Shown here piece by piece: positions 1-14,562 of a stretch of DNA of 64,000 bases. Origin of the DNA: Eledone cirrhosa (Eukaryota); contig CAXHJY010001140.1 of NCBI GenBank assembly GCA_964016885.1, positions 10,201 to 74,200 on the forward strand, written 5' to 3'. The notes beneath the pieces were generated by a model, which saw only the letters and a list, made by a program, of their open reading frames with translations, did no database searches and was not told the DNA's origin. A program made the position numbers and the translations under genes. Every line of letters starts with the position of its first letter. The first letter of the stretch is position 1.

Positions 1-408
<408 letters not shown>

Positions 409-699
409 AAAACAAATAACGAAACGAAATTAAATTTCGTTTCGTTTGTAACTCACTTTTGTATGACTGACGCTTAAACAATTAAGTTAAGAATGTACAT
501 CCACATATGTATACTGAAATACTAGTATGCATATGAATACACACACGTGTACATATGTAGATGTACCGAGTTTTTCACTGGACACTTTACTGTGAGTGTC
601 CAGCTATTCTGTATGTGAACACACAGACAAACCGGTTTTTAGAGTCATACTGGTTTTCAAGGAAACACCTTTCCTCTATTCTCCAAAAAGCCAGACAGG

Positions 700-744
700 A
701 ATATTGGACTAGTTTCGATGTTGTTACATCTCATCAGCAATATT
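700..744 (-). ncRNA. Minimal type I hammerhead ribozyme (PLE pLTR type)
   Basis: Minus strand AATATTG-CTGATGA-GATG taacaa CATC-GAAA-CTAG-TC-CAATATT: 7-bp stem I, 4-bp stem II, palindromic minimal stem III, GUC site. Confidence 0.88.
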
Positions 745-850
745 TACCTATCTTCCGGCCTTTCTAGAGAATCGTAAAAGCACATATCGTTATATGCTTT
801 TTCTATGAAAATTAGTAGTGGGCAGACTAATTTGCATAGAGCGTGAGTAC

Positions 851-882
<32 letters not shown>

Positions 883-886
<4 letters not shown>

Positions 887-920
887 ATCGAGTAGGACCC
901 CGACGGCTGTGCTCAAGCCA
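883..920 (-). mobile_element. PLE family D pLTR-end fragment
   Basis: TAGGATCGAGTAGGACCCCGACGGCTGTGCTCAAGCC matches 80-116 and 33277-33313; starts at the same boundary after (TA)n. Confidence 0.75.
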
Positions 921-3433
921 CACGCATATATATATTGATATATATATATGCGTGTGGTGTTTGTGTGTACACCTGGTACATTGTTTTCTTTAACAATACA
1001 TTTTGTTCCTGGTCTCTTCAGTAAAATCTAATGGAGAAACATGAGTTTGTACTTGTAGGGCAAAAGGCCCGCTTTATCAAACATTTTCTTATATAGAATA
1101 TATCTGAGAAATTCATTTAGTTTGCATCTCTTTCTCGAATGCTCGACTTCTTGTAGCTTAATTTCACTAACATGCTGTTCTGTTCAAATGATCAATTGCA
1201 AATTTCTTCGAAACAGATGGATACGCAAAAAAGAATAAACATGAAATACATTCACAGAAAATAATGAACTATTTTAACAGTATATCGTTCACAAATGCAT
1301 TATATCCGTAAATAAATATTTGAACAACAACGAATATAAAGAAAGATTCACCAGAAAAGCTGAATAAAATCCATGATATACAAACATGCATTTAGGAAAG
1401 ATTATTTTAAAGTTTTTCATATTTTCATACATATTAATTGAGGAAAAGGCAATAAAAATAATATAAATTATGAATATAGATACAGACAATTATAGAATGT
1501 TTTATGGTTATTCACGTTTTTATGATTAGAGCAATATTTATGAAGTACGATATAGAGAAGACTGTAATTGATATGTTTTAGAGAGAAATTCATAATTGAA
1601 AACATAATGACATCGACGATTAAGATCGCAATACATAAACATATCCGATGGGTGCACGTATATATATATATATATATATATATTATGTCTGTGTGTGGGT
1701 TGTTTTTAGGGGTGCATTTGTATATATATGCATATATATAGAAATCACCTGATATATATAATATCGCAATAACAGACTGTGCATTTATGCTTTGTGTGAT
1801 CTGCTCTAGATTGCAAAATTGTGAGTTTTATTCCTCGTGGTACGTAATGTTGTGAACCAGGAAACTATATTTCAATTTTCAGCAATATTCTCAGCTGGAT
1901 GCCTAATCTGTAACCCTAGTGCAGCTAGCCCGCTTTATTGCAAACTTAGCGTCATGCCAAATCTGTGTTAGAAGCTCACGTATTTTTACTATTCTCAACG
2001 ACCGACACATTTATTGCAAACACTCGCAATATGGTTCGTCAAACAATTAGAATAAACCTCATACTATTTAACGGAGGTTCAATATAACGACCAGTATATA
2101 TTCATTTCATCATGTCTGCTTTTATGACAGGTAACCTTATACATCACGAAAAAATGGGAACAATGCATCATGTTTCTGTATGTAGAGGTCTTAAAATGAT
2201 TGTAAATATTCGGTATTTAAGGGGAAACATATGTATTGCAATTTCTCGAATACCAAGAAAAATAATCAGCCAACAGGAATAAACTACAAGATCTTCATTC
2301 ATATACTGCCACACAAAAATCATGAATGCAGATAACTGAATTCAATCCATATTTCAAGGTGTTGATCTTCAATATGATGTTTTCAAACCATGAATGAATC
2401 GATGTATAACGAAAAACTATCGCCATGTTTTCTTTCACCAAAATATGATTTTGATACATTTATTTTACAGAAGAGGAATTCGGATACAACATATTTGCCA
2501 AGCTTTTCATCATGTTTAAATGAGATTTATGCAGGAAAATATTCTTAAGGGTTCTGCATTTATCAGTCATTTTTCATTTTCTTATCTATCACAGTCTTTT
2601 GTCATCGGAAGTTTAGATAAAATGTTTCTAGAAACACATAAATGTTCAAAGCATTTCGACCCTATTTGTTACAGATGTGATATAGTCAGGTCATGATTCA
2701 AAAGTAGGAAACGAATTTCTATATAAATAATCAATAGTTTTCAGAGAACACAGCATTGAGGACTAGAAATGTATTTTATCTAATTCGTAGGACCGGAAGT
2801 AAAGTTCACTATAACTATATGTGTTACGAGCAAGATAAGCCTTCGGAGAATGTGAACAATGCCGTGTAGAAAAACTACTGCTTTGTATTTTTAGCAGGTT
2901 TCATGCAAAGATCTCGTAAAAGCAACAAAACTAATTTTCCAGAATTATTATTCCTATCGACATATTTCACCAAATCTTGAGTTTTATTATGAATACACTG
3001 ATGAGTGTATTCATAATAAAAGCGAAATAACAGTTACAATAATAGTGAAATACCAGTGTGTCATTATCTTCAAATTCTTCTTACAATTTTGTATATATAA
3101 TATTAGAAACTAAGATGCCATACCATTAACAATATTTCTAAACCTTCCTTGTATACAAATAACTTGAAGAATTCTAAATTATTTGGACATCTGTAAATCA
3201 GATATGTATTTCAGTGTTCAACGGAGTATAATGACACAGTCGTATACACTGTTTCAAATTTTAACTTCGATAATGCGAAATTATGGTCAACATTACTATA
3301 ATGTTCATCAAATAAATCAATATAATGCAGAACGCTCAAGCCGGATAAATTGGAGACGGTTGTGTCTAACAGGACACGCTGGATGGAGTGTTTGAAACCT
3401 CTGCCCTTACGACCATCTCAGGAATAAATGGGT

Positions 3434-3539
3434 GAAGAAAGAAGAAGAAGAAGAAGAAGAAGAAGAAGAAGAAGAAGAAGAAGAAGAAGAAGAAGAAGAA
3501 GAAGAAGAAGAAGAAGAAGAAGAAGAAGAAGAAGAAGAA
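3434..3539. repeat. (GAA)n microsatellite
   Basis: Direct inspection. Confidence 0.98.
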
Positions 3540-6500
3540 TGTTGCCGAAACATCTGAAATACCTAATCAAAAATTCCCTGTAGAAATATATATTCTCAGT
3601 AGATCTACTTCACTCACTAGATCTTATATATGCTGCATATCTCCACGATATTTCTTTAAGCTTAACCGTTTAACGGAATGCACCTGATCGTGTAACACTC
3701 GATATTGTTTTTGAAAATCTACGTAAATATTTATTTTGCGCGCAAGAATTTTCAGGCAAAATCCACATCCATGTAACAAAATGTTCGTATCACAATGAAA
3801 CCTGAAATAATGATTATGTTGAATAATGATCTCTAGGTATATTTCTTTATATATAGTTGGTTCTGAATAAGTACACCTACCCCAAAAATTATGTCGCTAA
3901 TTGCATCGACGTGGAATAAGTTACTGTTATAATGGAATTGTCTATCGTATGACTTCCAACAGAGAAAATACGTTGTTTGTTTTTTCATTTTTTATTTACA
4001 AAAATTAGGCAGGTAAATTTCAAACCCCTATCCTCTGCAAATACAAGTTTACGAAAATTGTCCACCTCGAAACATCTCAGTAATACAGCATACACAGAAA
4101 ATTAAATTCATACAAATAATATTCATCGAAAATAAAATTGATAAGTTATTTTCAAACATAAAATATCATTGATTGCCGAGTTGCTCCCAATGTGACACAT
4201 CAATTATATTTAATAGTATTTAGACAAGTTAGTTATGCGACTAAAGACGTACTCAATAACTCAGTGACGGATCGAGTCATTCAATTGTGTGAATATATTT
4301 CAAAGTTAATTAAGTTACAAAGAACAGATCTACATCAACATTCGAAGACGCTTATGAATATAAATTCAGAATTATAAACGAATAAGTGTTTGATAAAATT
4401 ACACGGTTTACAATTTTAATTTTATTAACGTGTTATATATCCTGATATATCAACATCGTTTTTCCCCTAAACGTGTAGATGGTATCAAGGCAACATCAAC
4501 ATTTAGTAGTACTGTGATACTGGTACATCCATGCTTATAGAATTAGTTCTTACAATTATCTTTGTATTTTTGTATGGTTTATATTGTTGCTGCTATGCCG
4601 TTATATGGGTCTAAATGTCATTGCGTTTTAATTGTACAATAGCTATATAGCGCTCAGGTACCAAAGGTATTGAGCAGAAGTCCACTCTGTTAAAACGTCA
4701 TCTTGTCTAAGATGTGTGCCTCTCTGCGTCAAGATTTCTATGTAAATAACATCGTATAATAATTGAAAGAAGCTGTCACATATTTGCTACAATCTCAGAA
4801 AGAATTATAACGCTCGGCAATGGAATTAAAGTAAGAAAATACCAATTCAACATACAAATAGAATAGCAACATTCTTCAAATATATTTCTCAACTGCATAA
4901 CTCCTAATTAATGTTACAATCAGGCAACCAATCCCTTTTCATTCCAAATATTATCCATGAAAAATGCTTCAATCGAATTTGTTGAGCTGCCAAATTATTC
5001 CCATGATATCTCTATGACAACCCTGTCAAGCGGATGTCAAATTGGATGTCAAATTAACAAAGAAATATAACTCCGGCTGATCAATTATTTATTCTCATAT
5101 AATAAGGTAATCAACTGAATTATGTTAGACTATAGAAAATATGTTTTCAACTGTTAAAGATATGTGCGTCACACATACTCATAACCACAGTAACGATATA
5201 TAATGTGCATATACATTTTTTACGTTACTTGGTTCAATCATCTGAATGCAGGCTTGTTGGCTAACCATCTTCAAGTGATTTTACTCAATGTTATTGACAA
5301 CAGAACTTCAAGGTTATTTTAAGGTATCGAAAGATCCTATTAGGTTGTTAACCCAAAATAATATAAAAGAAAACAATGGTTTTCAACATAAGCATTTCCT
5401 CAGATGTTTAGCTATACGTATATAAAAGCATTTTGCACAAATTCTCCTATCAAATGCCATTTACTGGATATTGGAAAAAATAGAGGCATTTCCCGATTGA
5501 GGTGCACATTAAAAATAACATGCAAATATAAAACTCTCTACCGAATATCTGTTCTTCTTCCCATGTAGGAGGGGTATATAATGGCATTGCTGGATGTGCA
5601 AGGGGTCACGGAGAATTTCACAGCGAAGGCTTCGGACATATAAAGCACCTAGACGGTGCTGTAATGCCTGGCACACACTATGTACTCTCTGTCATTTGTT
5701 ATGTATTTCAGCGCAGCATTTTTTGTTTGCACTCAAATAAGTCTACAAATCAACGTTCTCTTCTACATCGCTTCTATGGCGTCTGTTGGGACGCTTAAGG
5801 TGGATCATATTTGCTCTTGTTTAATGAGCTTCAATACCTCTGCCAACATTTTACTGTTGTGGTTAAGGTCCAATGTGAAGCATGGTCATATTTGACTATT
5901 AAAACAGTGAAATATTTCTTTATGTTGTCCCTGTTGCTATTGTTGGTCATATTTTTGTTGCATGATTTAACGCATTTAAAATGAACGCAACACATATATT
6001 CGATGGGAGCTAAATGTGCGGTGTACGTTTTCGAGAAATGTACATTGCTTGCGGTGATATGCTTGCTTCAGGATGTGTCACTAATTTTTCTCTGTAGCCA
6101 TAGTTGATTACAATGATTACGTGATGTGGAGCTTCCTCTCATATTCCTCTTAGCTCTTTGTTTTTATTAAACTGATTTGGGGGGCTTTATTTCCCCCTAT
6201 TTAATTTTTTCCTAGTGCTGTTTGTCAGAAAAATAAATAAAACATATTATCGCAATTCTATTTATTGGACCCATTGTGCCCACCAGTATTGTTATACTCG
6301 AGTATGTCGAAATACGTGCGTATTAGCTTCCCATCTATAATGAAATTAGAATGCATGCCTGTCCGTACCACGCGAAATCATTTCCCAATGTAAAGCTTAT
6401 GTGTATGCGCATGCCTATTTGTTCATTATGATCAGGTATGAGTTAGAAGTACATCAATCATTGATACCACATTAGTTTGTGATTTTAAGTGCTGGAAATG

Positions 6501-6961
6501 ACATCCATTTCTGGAGGAAAACGTTAAACGGAAGGGAATACTATTTTACAGAATCATTAGTATGATATGGAGGACATTTTACGTGGCAGTAGATCTTACT
6601 TTGAAACGGATTTGAGAGACATTGATAACTTCCCTCATGTATTGATATTTAATAGCCTGTTTTCCTCTTTCGTTTTGTCTTAGATATGTTTAGTAGTAAC
6701 ATACAATATATATTGTATTTTACCTAGTAGTTATACGAATGTATCTAGTGTTACGGTCTATCTCATCTAAATACGTCATGCTCCATGATAATAATATGCA
6801 ATTACATGCTATGATCATTGATAACAACTACATACTTTCATAGATTATATTTCGACTATTTAGAAGATTCTTTGTCCATGTATTTAATCCGGGAAATTGT
6901 TCACGTCATATGCTACTACCGCAATGTTTCATATAAAATTGTTCGTCCAATTTTAATTACT

Positions 6962-7147
6962 TGTTTCTACTTTTGGTACAAGCAGCAATTATCCCAGTGT
7001 ATTATTGCATCTTTTATTTTATCGACACCGTAAGGATGAAAGGCAAAGTTAACCTCGGCGGTTTTGAACTCAGATCATAAAGGGCCGTAACTCTTTGCTG
7101 AAAAGCATGACGACACACACTCTACCGATACAGCCAATCCACCGTCC
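6962..7147 (-). mobile_element. tRNA-derived SINE (octopus-type)
   Basis: Minus strand has a B-box-like GAGTTCAAA followed by the TTTGCCTTTCATCCTTACGG..TCGATAAAAT core shared with other copies; 13-bp TSD AATTTTAATTACT at 6949-6961/7148-7160. Confidence 0.85.
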
Positions 7148-8309
7148 AATTTTAATTACTGACCCACCAATTGAGTTCAAAATTGCCGGCAATGATCATC
7201 ATATATGCTTTGATTTGAACAGCATACATCTTTCTAGGGTAAACCTAATATAATGTCTTTATTAACCTGTTTCACATTTCCAATGGATCTGATTTCCGAG
7301 ATAAGTAATTTCCAAGTTTATAGTTCATCTATAAACATCGATACTATAAGTAATCTTTTATAAAGTCTATCAATATGAAGCACTCATTTTTAATATCTAT
7401 TGAAATATTGCAATAAAGTTTAATAGAGGCACAATCTACTGGCAATGCTGGTATTTTGGCCCCGAATAACACTTTGCAAATTCCTCATTGTAGTGTAATC
7501 TCAGTTCTCATTTATTTTAACAAATTTATGAATATCATGAATGTTGATGAGCCAGGCATGCGAGATTCAATCGAATCAGTTCTTCTAATCAATAATTTTC
7601 TCATCACCCACGATCATGTTGTTAATAGGTGAATTGTTCCGGAATACTAGGAAAATAGATAAACACTGGATATCGCTCTAATTTACGATTTGCACGATGA
7701 GCATGTACAATAAATATTAAAAGCCTGATTTGAAGACAACGGTGTTTCTTCGCTGATTGCATTTTACATGATTAATTTCGATTAGGCATGTTTTACGATT
7801 TTCACATATAGTTCTTGTTGCTATTTTCTATTACAAACATCAATGCTTTAAACTGTTAGATGCGTGTTGCATAGGTTCTGCATTTCACACTTTAATTATC
7901 AGCTCAGATGTAACATGAGATTTAGTGACGTTGCTCCTCTTGCAACAAAGCCGGAACCCTTTCAAAAACGGTTCCCCAGTGTTCCCTTCATATTTGTAGA
8001 AAGGGAGAAGAAGATAGGATAAATTTGAGTAATGCAAATGTGAGTTATTAAAGACTACCTGAGTAACCCATCGTTACTGGGTAATAATCAAAATAGTATG
8101 CCTTTGTTTCAAATTTTTCTTTATTCCATGTCAGATCGTGTCCTCGCCGGAGGATAATCCCCAATATGAAGATGGATTTCTGTATTAATTGGATCACTTT
8201 ATAATGTTTGTATAAAGATTGTTTGTTGATGTTTTCCATGTCGTGCGTATATATAAATATATTTCTGCCTTCCTACTCTTGATCATCCAAAGTAAATCTG
8301 ATCATACGT

Positions 8310-8860
8310 GAAGTAGTGCTCTTCAACGTGTGAACTGGCAGCTGACAATCTTTGTCCTTGTCTGTTCGTGATGGTCACGGCAAACCTAAGTTTCACTGGA
8401 AATTGAAGTCATTTGAATTGAAATGGGATATCAGTGGGGATATAAGGAATTCTTGGAACAAACACATCCTTCCCCTATCACAGCATGGTGAAATGGTGGC
8501 TTGAATCACGTGTGGATGCATATGTTTAACAACTAATCGAGTTCCGTTGCATTGGTGGATTTCAAATTATTCAATAATATGATGGGTGCTCATTCTTTAA
8601 GGGGAAGGGCATGTGGAGACCTCCCTGGTGGTTCTAAAGAGTTTAGACAGTATTGACAGATCAATAGAGCATTGAAACATTTGGAATACCGTTTAACAGA
8701 TCTAGATTTACCGATTTCACACACACACATATTTCGGGGCCAGTATAGCCCTATCACTCAGCCACTTGTTACATGCCACCTGATATTCAAGATTAGTGAA
8801 TACTGTTTCTATAAGATGGAATAATGAATCCACCATTGTGCCTATTGTATTTATATCAAT
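8310..8860 (-). pseudogene. Helitron Pif1-like helicase remnant
   Basis: Frameshifted minus-strand motifs WLSDRAILAPK, NSLEPPG..PH, NGTRLVVK, VFVPRIP, PTDIPFQFK*LQFPVKLRFAVTI..QGQ. Confidence 0.8.
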
Positions 8861-9114
8861 AGCTCCCTTTCTATATACAGGAGGTCTTCCGTTCCAAAAC
8901 ATTAATAGATTAGGAATGAAATGCTCTGATTCTTCACCAATATATCCCCTCGTGTTTGAAGCTCGCTTCAAAACTTTAATAGAAGTCCAAAGTGTTGAGT
9001 TATTTTCAAACAAGCTCGGATTTGATTAATCCTATTGGATTTTGTAATGACGAGGAGAGGTTGTCTAAAATCTTCACCTCATCCACGCCCTTCCTCTCCT
9101 CCACATCCTCACCC

Positions 9115-9149
9115 TCCTACTCCTCCTCCTCCTCCTCCTCCTCCTCATC

Positions 9150-9224
<75 letters not shown>
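9115..9224. repeat. (CCT)n + (TAC)n compound microsatellite
   Basis: Direct inspection. Confidence 0.95.
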
Positions 9225-11756
9225 TAACGATTTCCACCACAATTATCTCTATTATCAACTATAAGTCGACAATTTCTTTCAATGTAGAATTTAATCAGGC
9301 CAGGTATATATATCGGCTACGTTATAAACATGCATATTTTAGTTACAAATATAGTCTACGTATCTGAATACTACACAGTGTGCATAAATACTTAACTATC
9401 GTGTATGTAGATATATTCAGCCTTGTAATGGATTGGACAGCCAATGAGGAATGAGGCCCTGTTGTACTGATTGCAGAGTTTCCATCATAATTTATATCAT
9501 GTTTTACTAGTTTATGTTCCCCAATATTCAAGGCAAAGTATTCGACTAATACAGGTCAACATCAGACCTATTGAGTGCAGTTTCATCCCAAGTATTTAAA
9601 GCACTTTTCTGGCTTTCAAACAGGTTTTACTTTCACAAGCGAAGAGCACGCCTCATTGACCATGATTGGGTATATGTTCCATATTCTACTTTATGTGCGG
9701 CTGGTATTCTCTACCTATCAATCTACAACTGATATATTGGCTCAGCAATTTGATGTTATCATAATGCTGAGTATTATAACTGAGTATTAAAGATAGTGCG
9801 TTTATTGAATCTGATCTGGTGTGTCGAATATTGTAGAACGAATAATCTTCTTATTTTCAATTCTTTCGTCTTGGACACGATATTCGTGAGATTTCTGCGG
9901 ATGCAGGGTACACTATCGCGCCTAGCATCATCTCCAGTCAGAAGCAACTGCATCCAAATAATCCGAATGACTCTCGATGTGAAACCAACCAAGATTATCC
10001 GCATTACCGAACCATCCTGCTCGTAGTCTACTTCTGGGTTTCTTGCCGGTTCGATTCGCTTGTTCAGGGATTCGTTCCGTAGACATTCTGAAAATATATC
10101 TCTAGTACCGAAGCTGTAATTCCTCAATGCTGAGAGGTGGTGGTTTTGGCTGAAGATATGGACCTTTCCTCTTATTTTGTTAAGATTTGACAGCTTTATC
10201 ATTCGATTTCTGAATTTACTTGCAGAAAGGATGTGCAGTGTTTATGATTATAATGAATTGTTACGTTTACATTTTATAGCTTCTTTTAAGATTCTCTACC
10301 TTATCCTTCAAGTGAAAGTCTATAAATACGATTACGTACTTATCAAATAATTCATTTTCCTTACTTTCATCAAGTGTAATCTACTACAGAAATTAAAATG
10401 ATTTAACTAATCAATAGGCCAGTACCGGTACTTAGTCCGTTTTTTTTTTCGTTTTTTTTCGGCTTTAAGATATTGATAGTATAAGATTCAACCCTGGGCC
10501 GTTCACCGATATATCAGAAAATGTACCCGGCTACTGCTAGTAATCATTTTCAGCTGAGTGAAATGGAGGAACGTGAAATGATTTGTTTTGACAAAGAGTT
10601 CACCGCAAGGCACAAATCTATAAATTATGATCTGGGGACCCACAACCAAACCACTAGCCAGTGCGCCTCCGTGTTCAGGTAAAACTCTACAAAATACGAT
10701 TTTTTCCTAATAAATATTTAGGAATTTTCTCAGGTATAGTTCCCTGTAGAAATTAGAGAAAGAATAATACACTTCATATTATTTTGTTAATTATCTATAA
10801 TCACCCGATGTGGGTTGTATAGCATAGATAGAGAAGTATGTGTAGGTGGTTGGAGTGGATAGGTATGACGTAGAATATCATACAGGCGTTGTTTCTATTA
10901 AGGTGTCTCTTTTCACTCCAAACTCATTGCAATTATCTTTATCATAAACACATAAAATCACAGAGCACCACTTAATGTTCCTCGGTGTCTCTAATGATCT
11001 AATTATTAATGGCAAATTGGATAAACGCAATCGATTCTAATCGAGCTTTTATGGTTTGTTTTAATTAAATAATATATGTAAAGTATTTACTGGAATATAA
11101 AACAGCAGCGTAACAAAGGAATTATTGTAAATTGAGAATATTTTGAAGAAAAATAAATTATAATCGATACATTAAAATACATATGAAATCACAGTATTAT
11201 TTATATCAGTTTCCTTTAGTAATAATCTATATATTCTCTGGTCATTATTTATTTGAAATTGTTTTCATTTGAATAAAGTATTTTTTATACGCAACTTCAC
11301 TGAATTTGTGACCTCATTAATTGCTCAGCAAAGGTTAACACAGGAATACACACTTCTGTACCACTCTATTAACAGATGTATTTGCTGCTATGAATTCCTT
11401 CATATTATTTAATAGCTTCAAAACAACAACGAATACGACAGATTCTTGAACACGGTAATTAAATGAGAATGTTTCATCCGAGCAGCAATATATATATAAA
11501 CAAAATTTAAAGAATGAAAAATACAACTAAACAATAATATACAATTATATCAAAGGGATAACGCGTGTCAATGGTATGTCAAGTGGGTAGGTCTATAAGA
11601 GAAAAATATAATTATCTCAGATTTGAGTTAATGAAGTATAGCACTGCTAGCTATGTGCTACATGTGTGCAGTTACTAAATACGGATATATTTATTTATTT
11701 GTTTAATCTCGCTCCCTCCCTCTCTCTCTCTCTTCTCTCCCTCTCTCTCTCTCTCT

Positions 11757-11783
<27 letters not shown>

Positions 11784-11791
<8 letters not shown>

Positions 11792-13033
11792 ATAAAAGAG
11801 AAAACACAGGTAAGCATTAAGAGAAGGATTTTATCCAGGTATTTACGACCGTTTCATTGGTAAGTACAACCTTATATTGCTATACTGCAAAGAGCAGCCT
11901 CTCAATTATAATTGTTGTTCACAGTCCAAATTTTCAAAATAGTAAGTTACTCTTGAAATAATTCTTAATATATAGAGAACAACATTTATTTGGAATTGTA
12001 TTTACTAGTATAGAGAGAGAGGAATCAGGAGGTGAGGGGACAGACGGCATAGTATAGAGAGAGAGGAAGGGGGAAGAGGTAGGAAGTAGAATGACAAACT
12101 GAGATGGAGGGAGGTGTAGAGGTGGAAGGATTATTTGGTCAGTTTTGATAGCAGACTTCATGTCGTGGAGTGTAGTGAGTTAAAGAGAATTAAATTGATC
12201 ATAGTGGGAGGGATGGATAGAGAGGGGGAGAGAGGGGGGGGGGAGATATAAAGAGATAAATATATATATATATATAAAAATAAAGATAAAGATAATAATG
12301 ACAAAAATAAAAGCAAAGAAGGGGTGAGAAAGAAGAAAAGAAAAGATAGCCAATAATGCCAAAGTTGCCCCTGACAAGAACTGTAACTGTCCCCTACCTG
12401 AAACCTGTTCATTACAAAATGAATGTATGCAGTCTAGCCTGGTTTACCAATGCACAGTGGAATCAGACAACCAGAAATCGTATTACATCGGAGCGACTTG
12501 GAATACATTTAAAGCCCGTTGGTATACACACCGTTAGGCAATGAAACATTCCCAGCACCGTTATGTAACTACCCTTGCAAACAAGACCTGGCAACTGAGG
12601 GAAAGTAACCATCAATACACCCTGAAGTGGAAAAAATTATTGAACGCGCCCCCATATCGGAGTGGTATGTGAAGCTGTCGATTATGTGACCTTGAGCTGT
12701 TCCACATCTTAAGTTCGAAGAATAGGTTACTCAACAATAAAATCGAGAGATCAATTTATTGTAACTATATCTCAAAGAGAAGTTTTCGCACTACAAATCG
12801 AACCCTTAACCTCTTAATACCAACTGACAAACTGCATATATTTAGACTTTATACCCTCTTATATCTAAACCCTTTAATTACCCACAAAACCAATACATAT
12901 ATCCCCCTCTTCTCCCTCATTCCACTTCTACTTCTTCGTTCTCTTCCTTCCTTCCCTCCCCTTCTTGGCTATCTTTTCTTTTCTTCTTTCTCACCCCTTC
13001 TTTGCTTTTATTTTTGTCATTATTATCTTTATG

Positions 13034-13074
<41 letters not shown>

Positions 13075-13668
13075 CTCTTTATATCTCACCCCCCTCTCTC
13101 TCCCCCTCTCTATCCATCCCTCCCACTATGATCAACTTAATTATCTTTAACTCACTACACTCCAAGACAAGAAGTCTGCTAAAAAACTGACCAAATAATC
13201 CTTCCACCTCTACCCCTCCCTCCATCTCAGTTTGTCATTCTACTTCCTACCTCTTCCCCCTTCATCTCTCTCTATACTATGCCGGCTGTCCCCTCACCTC
13301 CTGATTCCTCTCTCTCTATACTAGTAAATACAATTCCAAATAAATGTTTTTCTCTATATATTAAGAATTATTTCAAGAGTAACTCACTATTTTCAAAAAT
13401 TTGGACTGTGAACAACAATTATAGCGGAGTGGCTGCTATTTGCAGTATAGCAATATAAGGTTGCACTTACCAATGAAACGGTCGTAAATACCTGGATAAA
13501 ATCCTTCTCTTAATGCTTACCTGTGTTTTCTCTGTTATACTTTATACTCCAAGATTGAACGGAATTCTTACAAACTTGTGGAGTTACCCCTAACCGTACG
13601 TTGAAACCATCCATGAAACTGGATTTCTTAACCAAAAACTGGATCACAATAAGCAATTGTTTGCTTCT

Positions 13669-13673
<5 letters not shown>
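11784..13673 (+). mobile_element. 5'-truncated PLE (family A) with inverted pLTR
   Basis: About 570-bp inverted arms 11784-12353/12965-13546 enclosing a GIY-YIG fragment; tail 13547-13673 on the right arm only; (TA)n on both sides; degenerate HHR remnant (GAAACGGTC) in each arm. Confidence 0.88.
12361..12810 (+). pseudogene. PLE C-terminal GIY-YIG endonuclease fragment
   Basis: KNCNCPLPETC...LVYQCTV...YYIGATWNTFKARWYTHR*...TTLANKTWQL...CRLCDLELFHI...LLNNKIE..CNY; CxCx5C linker; two in-frame stops; not in the ORF track. Confidence 0.85.
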
Positions 13674-13709
<36 letters not shown>

Positions 13710-14064
13710 TAAATTAGCGAGAATAGTTTTCAGCTCAGGAATTAACGAAAATCAACGTCCGATATGTGTGGCAAGCGCTCGATGAATCATATGAATCAGA
13801 GCTACAACATACGTTAAGGGCTAAACACACTGAGATGATGGTTAAACATATCATCCGCACAGCCAAAACAAAACGACCAAGTAATTCGGGTCACACAATA
13901 AAAATATATGTGTTGATACTTTCCCGGACCCTGGACTGATGGTAAAATCCAGTATTGGTTTCTGCGACTCCAAAATCAGGTACTGTCCGCCTACATAAAG
14001 AATGTTGGGCTTCTGGTGAGATGATGAACAAGGAAGTCGTGTTATCAACGGGTTTTGCTCCAAG

Positions 14065-14234
14065 ATGCTATAGATAGTGTGGCTATTACTGACCCCTCGG
14101 GGTCTCATGGTCGGGTCGTTGGCGACTAAACTTGCAACCCCACCAAGGTTTCTTGGTGAGGAGGGTGACTTTGGACATCCTGCAGGACTAAAAACAAAAC
14201 CTGTCAAAGGGCAAAGGAGCTCTTAAAAGTCAAT
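14065..14234 (+). mobile_element. 5' part of RTE-derived non-autonomous element
   Basis: 14104-14234 is repeated at 15951-16081 (2 mismatches), where it continues into RTE 5'UTR-like sequence; the 5' limit is approximate. Confidence 0.65.
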
Positions 14235-14254
14235 AAATATATATATATTTATTT

Positions 14255-14470
14255 ATTTATTAAAATAACAGATTAAAGTTTAAGTAAAGAATCGTTGCTT
14301 TCACCCTTAACGGGACCTTCTGAATTTAAAAAAATCATTCTGTGAACGCAGAAGTAAATATTTCGAAAAAGGTTGCAACCGAAGGAAAACAGTAAGACGA
14401 TACTTTGGTTCGTGAAGACGTTCCTTGGCAATGAACGGGAAAAAGCGAAGATAGTATGTCGTTATGTAGA
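14255..14470 (-). mobile_element. Repeat family M (putative PLE pLTR end)
   Basis: Aligns with 60385-60595 and in reverse with 41512-41580 and 32570-32630; all end at TTATTTTAATAAAT next to (TA)n. Confidence 0.7.
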
Positions 14471-14562
14471 TCGGTGAGAACAAATACACGCATCAAATAC
14501 AAAGTGTCAATTAAGGATCAGAGAGATTTTCACTGCTACTTTTCACAACGCATAATTATAAC

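Noticed and set aside
9343-10230. Possible LTR-retrotransposon remnant (GEHKLVKHDI...)
   Set aside because: Only one weak motif; no LTRs or catalytic motifs visible.
14091-14135. HDV-like ribozyme 3' half (GAC-CCCTCGGG-GTC, GG, hairpin, CTAA) in the RTE-derived 5' region
   Set aside because: No P2 partner upstream of the putative P3; a simple hairpin (GGCTAT..GACCCC/GGGGTC..ATGGTC) explains the sequence. A descriptor search on full-length copies would settle it.
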